This document shows, in pieces, positions 1-10,200 of a stretch of DNA of 64,000 nt; positions within the stretch are counted from its first letter, which is position 1; every line of letters starts with the position of its first letter. Source of the stretch: Bacteroidota bacterium (lineage in GTDB: Bacteria; Bacteroidota; Bacteroidia; AKYH767-A; 2013-40CM-41-45). The notes below the pieces were generated by a model. It saw only the letters and a list, made by a program, of their open reading frames with translations. It was not told where the DNA came from and did not search any database. The stretch is taken from the NCBI GenBank assembly GCA_031411835.1, contig JANOBV010000274.1:132-64131 (forward strand). The letters run 5' to 3'. The translations under genes and the position numbers were made by a program.

Positions 1-97
1 CAAACGGGTAGTAATCATTCGCTATGGTCATCTCAGGAATACTCCAACTTAGATTTGAATAACGACCAATCTTACTGTAATCATTTAAATTTCCCAC
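1..97 (-). CDS. 5' end of a further orphan RHS C-terminal toxin cassette (partial, runs off the window start)
   Basis: Reverse translation of nt 1-60 reads NLSWSIPEMTIANDYYPFG. This parallels DWSVPEIATANDYYPFG at the core/toxin hinge of the 4701-aa gene. Nt 1-22 are nearly identical to 5160-5181. The cassette begins just after the stop of ORF 115..771. Confidence 0.5.
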   Translation of the reverse strand, partial: MGNLNDYSKIGRYSNLSWSIPEMTIANDYYPF

Positions 98-114
98 AAG
101 AATTATTCATTTAT

Positions 115-771
115 TTACCACAATATACTCCAATATATGAACGTACTGCTTTCTTTATTATAACAAATACCAAAGGAATAACCATTTGACCACATCTCAG
201 GCATGGTAGGATTTTTCTTTAAAGGGAACTCTTTAAATTTTTGAGTTGGTCTAGCCTCTAGAACTATAATTTCAAAACCTTTACAAATTCTAGACGACTC
301 TATGACTCTTTCTTGAAGGTTGTTTCCGATAAAATTTGGAATCGGATATTTATTTAAGTCGCATTTATCATCAGAAATGATCGAGTCATTCGTATCAACT
401 TTCTTTTCGGGTTTTTCGAAAACATCAATTTGATTTTTGTTGACAATTAAAAGGCACGTATCGTTGCTATTATATTTAGCAAGACATTTTAAATTCAATG
501 TCTGTTTCAAAATCGAATCAAATTCAAATTTCTGTAACCCGTAATTATAAAGTACTAGTCCCACATTGTTTTCACTTGTATCGGTGAATAAACTAATCTT
601 ATAGTCTTGAGAGATAACCATGCCTGGAAAATGCTTTGTTAATTTGGTGGGCAACTGACCTCTGCTATTTTTTAGAGTTTCACTTGCTTTCTCTAAATTA
701 TTATTTTGCTGTGCATTACAACAATTAAATAAAATGGAACAAAACAAGAAAAGGATAATTCGATTCAACAT
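115..771 (-). CDS. Exported protein, candidate immunity partner of orphan toxin 771..1655
   Basis: 218-aa ORF. N-terminal signal peptide MLNRIILFLFCSILFNCCNAQQ. Its ATG overlaps the toxin stop by 1 nt (TAATG). Confidence 0.6.
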   Translation of the reverse strand: MLNRIILFLFCSILFNCCNAQQNNNLEKASETLKNSRGQLPTKLTKHFPGMVISQDYKISLFTDTSENNVGLVLYNYGLQKFEFDSILKQTLNLKCLAKYNSNDTCLLIVNKNQIDVFEKPEKKVDTNDSIISDDKCDLNKYPIPNFIGNNLQERVIESSRICKGFEIIVLEARPTQKFKEFPLKKNPTMPEMWSNGYSFGICYNKESSTFIYWSILW

Positions 772-1655
772 TATTTTTTCTTTTTGAAAATTGATTTTAT
801 AACATCAATAGATTTATCAACAAAAGTCGCACTCTTCCCAACATCTAATTGAACCTTGTTTGAATAATATTCCGCAGTTACTCTGTTATCTTGCCCAAAT
901 GGTTTTGTCAAATTGTATATTGTTTTCTTGAACGAACTGTATTTATACGTAGCCTCTTCTTTTGAAATAAATTCTTTGGTATTTAACTTATCAGGTTTGA
1001 CATATGTGATTTTCGATTCATCAATTTGTTCCAAAGAACTATTAATTAAAGATATGTTTTCATCGGGCCCCATTCTTCCAGAACTTGTTTGTTCTGATTC
1101 TGCTATTTTTACTTTTTCAGATTTTGTATATCCATTTCTGTTGGCAAACTGCTCAGAATTTTCAACATATATAAAGTCTTTGTTCAACAAATTATTCCCA
1201 TATGCGTCATTGACTTTTTGACCAAACATGTCATTTGGCCCTAGTCTTTCGAAATCTTTGCTGTTTGCTCCATATTTTATTTTATCAAAAAAATCTTGCT
1301 TTATTTCCGTTGCATTTTTTATAAAAATAATTAAGCCGGTTTTCGAATTTACAAACCAATCTTTCCCGTCAAGATCTACAAAGAGGATCGGATTATTTCC
1401 ACTAAAATTGTATGGTGAAAACATTGGGTATTTAATGGCTAGTGGTTCTATAGAATACCATCTTGCAATTCTTGAATCATAAATTCTAGCTCCAAAATCT
1501 TGAACTTCACCCAAACCCTTCACATCATTCAGATTCTCCTTCCCATTAAACCCAAACCGATAATCCTCCGTACTCAACGTTCTCCCCGGCATCAACATTC
1601 CAAACGGGTAGTGTCTTTTTATAGTGGAATTAGTATATTTTTTTAGTACAATCAA
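771..1655 (-). CDS. Orphan RHS C-terminal toxin cassette (toxin domain of unknown type)
   Basis: Contains HYPFGMLMPGRTLSTEDYRFGFNGKENLNDVKG...NNPILFVDLDGKD, homologous to the hinge of the main RHS gene. There are no YD repeats upstream. About 190 aa of unique C-terminus follow. Confidence 0.75.
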   Translation of the reverse strand: MIVLKKYTNSTIKRHYPFGMLMPGRTLSTEDYRFGFNGKENLNDVKGLGEVQDFGARIYDSRIARWYSIEPLAIKYPMFSPYNFSGNNPILFVDLDGKDWFVNSKTGLIIFIKNATEIKQDFFDKIKYGANSKDFERLGPNDMFGQKVNDAYGNNLLNKDFIYVENSEQFANRNGYTKSEKVKIAESEQTSSGRMGPDENISLINSSLEQIDESKITYVKPDKLNTKEFISKEEATYKYSSFKKTIYNLTKPFGQDNRVTAEYYSNKVQLDVGKSATFVDKSIDVIKSIFKKKK

Positions 1656-1710
1656 ATCCTTGTCTTACATTTCTTTGCAAGAATCGCTAACATCTTTCAA
1701 TGTAGCAATA

Positions 1711-2145
1711 TTACTTCAAATCCATATTTATATGATAACCTACAATTACTAAATTAGTATCAATAGTTTCAAAATTGAAATTCTCAGTAGTATTTCCTTT
1801 CTCATATTTTACTTTTGCGTCGACGGCGTATATTTTTTCGATTTTACCATTTGTGTTTTTATAAGTAGTCTTTACATTTTTAATCTTTGTTTCAATAATC
1901 TTTCCAACCAAATTATTAATTTGAGAAAATATTTGCCTACCATTTTCGAGCTTAAAACGTTCAGAAATAAATCCATTCAAAGAATCCCACTTTTCCTCAG
2001 AAACAATTTTATAAATTCCCTGTGTATATTTAATTGCTTCGTCAACATCTTCCTTGGCGTTTTCCCGTATTTCAGTTTTCTTACATGAAAATAAGATTAC
2101 ACAAATAAAATAGATTAGATATTTAAATATTGTCCCTATTTTCAT
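1711..2145 (-). CDS. Lipoprotein, immunity-like, without an intact toxin partner
   Basis: 144-aa ORF with lipobox ILFSCKK. Located in the toxin/immunity array. Confidence 0.55.
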   Translation of the reverse strand: MKIGTIFKYLIYFICVILFSCKKTEIRENAKEDVDEAIKYTQGIYKIVSEEKWDSLNGFISERFKLENGRQIFSQINNLVGKIIETKIKNVKTTYKNTNGKIEKIYAVDAKVKYEKGNTTENFNFETIDTNLVIVGYHINMDLK

Positions 2146-2294
2146 TTGAATGTACTTAGGTTAATTGATTCGACTTTATATAGAGATTTTGCTGAGACTG
2201 AAACTCCGGCTGACGCTCTAGCAAAAGTAACACCACCGGCTGTAAACGATTTTTTTTTAATGATCGCCGAGTAGGATGCTAGGATTTCCTTGTA

Positions 2295-2813
2295 TTATCT
2301 CCCCCTTGTTTCATAAGGTGAAAAAATAAATCTCTCGTCAATAATTGTTTCCGACTTTAGTTCTTTAACAAATTTAGAGTCGGAGAGCGAAAATATTTTC
2401 TTAAATCTTGCCTTAGTCAATTTACGATAATAAAACTGAAAAGCAAGGTCAATGTTGTCAGTATTTATTTTGAGCACTTTAATATTTATGTACATATTTG
2501 AATTCGAATTTAAAACGCAATAATTTAACATATGATCTAAACCGTCATCACTAATCGATGTGTATACAACAAAATTATTACTTTCTTTTTTCCCCGAGAT
2601 CACATTTTCTGAATTATAATTAAGTTCCATAAGATAAGAAAATGAAAACACGATACTCGAGACTGGTGACGGATTGCTAATATATAACCGATAATAATTA
2701 AACATTGAATCGCTCTTATATATTTCACAATTTATATCTATATCCTTCGCATAGATTAAATGTCCTCCAAGCACAAATAAAACAATAAATAATTTGTTTC
2801 TCATATTTTTCAT
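2295..2813 (-). CDS. Exported protein, candidate immunity partner of orphan toxin 2810..3751
   Basis: 172-aa ORF. Signal peptide MKNMRNKLFIVLFVLGGHLIYAKD. 4-nt overlap with the upstream toxin ORF. Confidence 0.6.
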   Translation of the reverse strand: MKNMRNKLFIVLFVLGGHLIYAKDIDINCEIYKSDSMFNYYRLYISNPSPVSSIVFSFSYLMELNYNSENVISGKKESNNFVVYTSISDDGLDHMLNYCVLNSNSNMYINIKVLKINTDNIDLAFQFYYRKLTKARFKKIFSLSDSKFVKELKSETIIDERFIFSPYETRGR

Positions 2814-3751
2814 CTTAGACTTTTCACTTCGAATGGTTTTATTGGACTAATTGGGTTTGGATGTGTTTCATCATATCTTCTATACGGAAGCCCATGTAAT
2901 TCACGAACAAGGTTTTCGTAATCTATTGTAAGACCTCTTGCTTGAATCTGCTCGATCTTCGAAACATATCTAATAGAACCATGTCCTCCCAATTCATGAT
3001 ATAAAATTGAATATGGCGGCTCCACAACAAAGTTTCCATTCGATTCAAACAAATTCGTTGCTGCCTGACCATTCCAGAAAACTGTTATTCCAGACTTTCC
3101 ACTAAAATCAGGTAGTTTATCAGCGCCTAGATTTGGGAATGTGGCAGCGCCACCACTTCCGCCAACATTTGCAGGCGCTCCTCCCGTTGTTATTGCTCCA
3201 GGAATATAATCTGAATCTGCAGATTTTTTAATTGTGAATACAATATCACTTTGAACTGTTTCATCAATATTTTTTAAAATATTTTTTTGATCTACAGTTA
3301 GCTTGGAAGCTTTATCCTTATCGATTTGAAGCTCGTGATTATTATCAAAATAATAAGGTGTTTCATCTTTACTTGCGTTGATTCCATTTCTAAGAATTCG
3401 AAGGATTTTCTTTTCACTAAAGCCGTCTAATTTAACAACGTCTCCTAATACATCTGTGAATTTGACAGGATTGTCATTGAAGACACAATAGCTACTCAAT
3501 TGAGCATTAGGCTTAGGATCTAAATTATAACGCCTTCCAAGTCTTGTATCATATTCCCAAAACTTAGCTGTATTCATTTTTCCGACTCCTTTTAGGTTGT
3601 CAGATCTTTCTTGCCCATTAAACCCAAACCGATAATCCTCTGTACTCAACGTTCTCCCCGGCATGAGCATTCCAAACGGGTAATAATCCGAAGAAGTTGT
3701 GCGTGAATTAACATTAAAGCAAATAGATTTCCGGAAATAATTCTCTACCAT
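2810..3751 (-). CDS. Orphan RHS C-terminal toxin cassette (possible zincin-like variant, YHELGGHG)
   Basis: Contains DYYPFGMLMPGRTLSTEDYRFGFNGQE...DNPVKFTDVLGDV hinge homology, then a unique ~220-aa domain with a Gly-rich loop and HELGGH. Confidence 0.75.
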   Translation of the reverse strand: MVENYFRKSICFNVNSRTTSSDYYPFGMLMPGRTLSTEDYRFGFNGQERSDNLKGVGKMNTAKFWEYDTRLGRRYNLDPKPNAQLSSYCVFNDNPVKFTDVLGDVVKLDGFSEKKILRILRNGINASKDETPYYFDNNHELQIDKDKASKLTVDQKNILKNIDETVQSDIVFTIKKSADSDYIPGAITTGGAPANVGGSGGAATFPNLGADKLPDFSGKSGITVFWNGQAATNLFESNGNFVVEPPYSILYHELGGHGSIRYVSKIEQIQARGLTIDYENLVRELHGLPYRRYDETHPNPISPIKPFEVKSLR

Positions 3752-3826
3752 TTAATTTTAATCTTTTCATTTCCTTAATTCGCTAACTATAGAGAATAAT
3801 AATTACCAATTAAGGGAACTTTTATA

Positions 3827-4261
3827 TTATTCAAAAACTGGCCCTCTATTGGTATAAATCACATTCCATTGCTTTTCGATTTTTGAAAGTTCTATGATTT
3901 TATATTCTTGAAATATTTTTATTTCAGTCAAAGTACCATTAGCACTTTTAATTGAAAATGAATTATTTTTGTTTTGATTTTCGGTGTAATCCAATTCAAT
4001 TTGTTTTCCTGTAAATGAAGTAGACGAACTAGTTTCAAAATACTCCCTCATAATCATTTTTTTATTATAATAAATTTCCAAAGAATCTTTAAAACCAGCT
4101 TCAAAATATATTGTAACCTTATTATCGAACAGACTTTTTACTTCGGAAGTGTTTTTATCAAAGGATGTCTTAATTTCTGAACTAGCTTTTTTTTGCGAAG
4201 CACATCCTATATTAAAAAAGATCAGCAAAAGGAAAAATGTAATATTTTTCAAGTTTTTCAT
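3827..4261 (-). CDS. Lipoprotein, candidate cognate immunity protein of the main RHS metzincin tip
   Basis: 144-aa ORF with lipobox FFNIGCASQ. 4-nt overlap with the stop of the 4701-aa gene. Confidence 0.65.
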   Translation of the reverse strand: MKNLKNITFFLLLIFFNIGCASQKKASSEIKTSFDKNTSEVKSLFDNKVTIYFEAGFKDSLEIYYNKKMIMREYFETSSSTSFTGKQIELDYTENQNKNNSFSIKSANGTLTEIKIFQEYKIIELSKIEKQWNVIYTNRGPVFE

Positions 4262-7200
4262 TTTGTCGATTTTTTATCTTCGTCAATAGTTTCATAAAAT
4301 TTAAATAATTGGCCTGGAGTAGATTTTGTTGCAACTTTACCAGATCCATTATAATAACGATTTGAGACATCTGGGTTGGCGCCTGAATTCATTATGTTCT
4401 CTTGAATTCTAACATCTGGAGCAACGCCTTGCATTATATCTTCATCAGCGTCTCCTTTTTTAATTTCCCAAGGGTGTAATGCCCCAGCAGAGTGACCTAG
4501 TTCATGAGTGATGGTTCGAGATAAATCATCGTCACTACGACGAATTCCATCAACATAAGTGTATATTGAAATAACATTAGTTTGCGAATCTGCTCCTGGT
4601 CGCACAGGTGTTGAACCTGCCGTGTAGCTACCGTTTTTATCTGAAGTCGTAGCTTTTAATACTAAGGTAATCGTATTATTGTTGCCAACTTTATTTGCAT
4701 CCACAAATTCATATTCTAGTTGTGCACTATAATTAATGTTCTTGTCTTTATCAAATTGTGTATATGTTTGAGAAAATTGTTCTTGTGATTTTATAATTGA
4801 TTTTTGATTCTCTTCAACTGAACTTTCACAACGCGAAGCGTCGATGACTTGAATTTTTGTTTTAAAATCAACATTAAATTGCCCAGTCCTGATATCATAA
4901 CTAACTGTTTTTGACCACTCCTTGCCGTCTAAATCAATTCCGTCAATAACTCGATTTTCAGCAAATGTATATGGCGAATTCCACGGGAAATTATTTCCAA
5001 TTGGATCAATAGATAGAAATTTACCAAGCCTCGGATCATAAATCCTCATCCCATAATCCTGCAACTTCCCAACTCCTTTTACATCATTCAGATTTTCTTT
5101 GTCATTAAACCCAAACCGATAATCCGCACTACTCAACGTTCTCCCCGGCATGAGCATCCCAAACGGGTAATAGTCATTCGCAGTTGCAATTTCTGGCACA
5201 CTCCAATCTGCAACGTTATCGTTATTATTATCAAACAATACTTTCTTATCAGTAACAGTTGATAACACATTTCCCAAATGATTTGTAAGCTCATACATTT
5301 TTCTACCTGACCATGCAGAATAGAAATCAGGTTGTGTTGGAGTGGAAAAATCGAAAATTACTGTATCTACATTTAATACGCCAAGTCTGCTACTACCATA
5401 AATATTCAACTCTTTCAGTTTATATTCCCATCCATCTGTGAAAACATATGTGGCCATAATATTTCCTTGCGCATCGCGAACATGATAGAGTTGATCCATT
5501 GACCCCAGTCCAAAATGCTCTGTGTATGTTTCTACTTTGTTTCCCATTGGATCAAAGTAATTTAATATGAGATCTCTTGGGGTAAATGCAAAATACATTT
5601 TACCATTATTGTTAAAATCATATTGCATAGTGTCGGCTGCATCGTAGATAATGTTGCCGTTCAAATCATACTGATAATTTGCCGTGACTTGGGCATCCAG
5701 ATCTTCAGAATAATTTGAAGGGCTAACTGCATCATCAACAAAATCCAACATATTGGTACCTGAGAAATAATGATACTGAAGGCTGTCCATTTTTAAATAA
5801 GGTCCATTGTTTGTTGTACCATTTCGCTCATATGTAAGAATATTTCCGTTCGGATCATATTTTACATTCTCTTTATAATCTTCCAATCCGGCTGCTGTTG
5901 TCCATTCATGAATGGTGGTATCCAATCCATTATAAGCACGCTGAGCCGTCAACCTATTCAACTGATCGTATTTGTAAACATAACCAATATTTAGGAAATT
6001 CAAACTATCCATAGCTAAAACTGAGTGCCGGATATTTCCGTTATACAGACCATTATCCATTAAAGAACCATTCTTGTAGCTATCATTTCCAAACGTAGAA
6101 CCGCCCGTCGGATTGTAATTTGCTTCAAAATTACTTCCTCCAATTGGAGCATAATCCTGATTAAAGTAACCGAGATTGAATCCATATGCATCCCTAGAAA
6201 CAGGATCTATTCCTCCTAATGGTGGAATTGTACCATCTTGTCCCATATCGCGATTTGGATCTAGTTGAGAAGAATTAATTCCTTTCATCCAACCTTGCAG
6301 TGTATAAGCATAATCTATTCCCTGTACTTTATTCTCACCGAGTTCAACACGCGCAAGTGGACCATGCATATAATATGAATAGTGCGCATCTTCATCCCAA
6401 GTCATTCCATCGCGACTTGTATAAACATGTGTTATACGGTTGTCATCATCATATTCATAATGATGAGTAAATTGATCAATCGAATCACGTTGGTAATATA
6501 CATAGTTCACCTTTCCACTGATAAGATCATAATCATAATCGATCCGTTTGAATTGGTGATCTATCGAATTTAAAGTTGCAACTTCCTGTATAAGTGTTTT
6601 AACATTTCCGGAAATATCATAAGAGTAATGCGATGCCGAATAATAGTCTGTACTTGGATCATAAAATGAAAGATCAGAATAAGTCACACTAGAAACCCTG
6701 TTTCGCAGATTTTCCTGAGTAAATTGAGGAATTGTAAATACAGGTTCATCGTAATATGTCTTAGCTACTTCTGATTGCACACCAGCAGCGATCCATGCAG
6801 CAAACGAAGACGGATTTCTTGAAATTGCATTTGTTAAAGTAGTTGCGTTGGTAGTTTTTCCAACTTCTCCTACCCTTCCCAAATCATCATAAATTGTATA
6901 AGAATAACTATTCGCATAAAATTGAACTCCATTTTGCGAAGCAATGATTCTACCGACGTTATCATAGAAATAAACAACAGCATAGGCATCAGGAGTTTTT
7001 TGTCCTACAGGTTTATTCAATGAATTATAGTTATAAATAGTAGCGAATGGAGAAGTACGATATATTGGTGTAGTACCGAAACCACCATCTCTTACATCTA
7101 CAATTTGTTGCAATGTATCAGGATCATTGAATGGATGTACACCATTGGGCGGAATAGTAGCTACGAGATTTCCAGCCTGATCATAATAGTATAATGTGTA

Positions 7201-10200
7201 ATGATATTCTGAAAGTGGTCCATCAACATAAAAACTATCAACCATGGATTCGAGGCAATGCGCCATGTAATTATTTCTGAATTCTCCACGAAGCGAATCT
7301 TTATACAACTGATAATTATGTGCAGCGTTGTGATAGGCGAGTGTAATATAATCGTCCAGACATCCAGGAATATGGAATGTATCTGCAAGAGCAGGGAATT
7401 GCCCTTGATCACAAAGCAACAGGCTTCCTGAAGTATCGGGATGACAAGTTTGCAATTCAGTTTGGAGTTGCGCTTCTGTCCAAGTTTTTCCTAAATAATC
7501 ATTCACGAAATCCCACGGAGTTACGGTCGTATCATACGATGCAAGATAAGCTTGCATTGCTTCATCAAGAGAATCACAAGAAGACATAAGTATTCCACAA
7601 CTGTCAAGCATATGCAGATATTCCGGGTAACTAAAGCTAAGCCCCAATAAAGAATCTAAATAGACATTCAATACAGGAAGATCCAATACGTGTAAATGAT
7701 GATATGCTGCCAATGTATTTAATGTATCACAAGGAAGAGGTAAATAAATATCACAGTGATCAAACCAATATAAATAATCCCAATAATCGAATGTAAGGGT
7801 TAGTTGCGTGTTGAACCAAGTTGTAAGATCCTGCGGCGGTGTTAGCGCAAGGAAATCATTATACAACAATTGCAATGAATCACAATCTGTTGGATTAGGA
7901 GTATCTCCACCACAGCTAATTAGTAATGCATCATAATAAGATTGTGTATAGATGAAAGGATCGAGATTCAATATTGAACTTGCATACAAATAAAATAACG
8001 GTTTCGGTTGCGGCAAAGCATCGAACACTGAATCAATTGCAAGAATAGTATCACAAGGCAGCGGAAGTGCAATGCAGCCGTTGAACAAGTGCACATATTC
8101 ATAATATGTAAAGTTCATCGTCAGATGATCATTCATCCAATCATTCAAAGCAATCGTTGTCCCCGAAGATAAATATATTTGATAAAGAGAATCATAAACA
8201 TTACACGGTGAAGCGAATGGTGTATCAACATCACATATTGTAAACCAATCCCAGTATTGTCCAACAGTAAAATTAAGTTCCAATTCCGTATTTAACCATG
8301 TATACAAATCCGGGCCGGGTTGACGAACTTGGTAGTAATTGACATAGGTAAATAATTCAACACAATTATATGTGCTATCTGTAATATTACAGCTATCCAA
8401 AAGTACATTCACTGAATTTGAATCCGGATAACTTAGACCAAGTATCATATTCAACCATAAATAATACGGCGGACGTGGAGCAGGGAGTGCATTGTAAACA
8501 TCAGTCAGATCACTCAAACTATCACACGGAAGAAACGGATCAACACCACAACTATCGAGTAAATGAACATAGGTCCATAAATTATAATTCCAATTCAGTG
8601 TCGTAGAATCATTCAAATAAACATCCATTGCTACGACGTTCTGATAAGGAAGCCATTCGTAGTAGAGAGAATCTAATGTTTCGCAGAATGAATTCGCCGT
8701 ATCAATATTACATGAATCTAACCACGAAATAAATTGCTGATCTGAATAAGTTGTATTCATCGTATCATTTAACCAAACAAACAAACCATTTTGGATTAAT
8801 GAATTAGTGTAAACGCTAACCAAAGCACTTAGAGAATCACAACCTGGGAAACAATGGAAAAGATATAGTGTATCCAAACTACAGAATTCGACTAAGTGAG
8901 CATAGATAGAATCAGGAAGTCCCCATCCTGTTGTTGAATCTAAATATGCAATCAATGAAAGAGAATCGCTACAATTATAACTATTAATAAGGCTGGAAAT
9001 ATAACTACACGTATCACAAACTTCAGATACCGGACAACGAAGAAATACTTGTTGCCATTCATAATCTGTCAGAACAAGATCGAGCGATGCATTCAACCAA
9101 TTTTCCATGGTGATGTTAGTATCACATGGGTAGATCCCGGCGTAATAATTAATACTATCACAATTTGGAATGCAGTGTGAGATCCAATCGATACTGCAAG
9201 TATCCATCATGGAAATGAAAGTTGAATCAGAATAATTCCATCCGGATGCATTCGCAAGATAATCTCTCAACGAAATTGTATCATTACAATTATAACCTTG
9301 CATTAAACTATCAAGTACTGGACAAGGTGTACAAGTTGTATCAATAGCACATCGAACATAGATTAAACTCCAGTCATATTCAGAATATGATAAACCAAGA
9401 GTATCATTCAACCACATCCAAACCGGAATCGGACTTAAGCATGGATAATGTGATGCAAGTGCTTCAAGTGTATCACAATTAGGGATGCAATGGTGAAGCC
9501 AATCGATGTTGCAACTATCGAGCATAGAAATAAGGACAGAATCAGAATACGTCCATCCAGTCAAACTGTCGATCCATTGAGTGATAGAGATTGCAGAATC
9601 GCACGGATAGGAATTAACGATATCTTCCAGATAAGAACATGAATCACATGCTAAACTTCCCGGGCAATTCATCAATATCAATTGCCATTCATATTCTGAC
9701 AAAGAAAGATTGAGTGTATCATTTAACCAGACCCATCTTTCCAAAGTTGTATCACATGGGAAACTATGTGCTAGTTCAATGAGTGTGTCACAAACAACAC
9801 AATGATCCATCCATTGAATGTTGCAGCTGTCAAGCATGGATAATATTGTCGAATCAGAATAATTCCATCCGCTTAAAGTGTCTATCCATTCAGAGATCGT
9901 AAAGATCGAATCGCATGGGTAAGAAGCAAATAATGTATCGAGGTAATCACACGAGTCACAGCCTATAGAGCCGGGACAATTCAACAAGATCCTCTCCCAC
10001 TCGTACTCAGACAACGAAAGATTGAGAGCATTATTCAACCATACCCACCGTTCAATGCTTGTATCGCAAGGGAAATTATTTCCAAGTGAAACAAGAGTAT
10101 CGCAAGCAACACAATGATCCATCCATAGGATATTGCAACTGTCGAGCATAGAAATAATTGTGGTATCTGAATAGTTCCAGCCACTTAAACTATCGATCCA

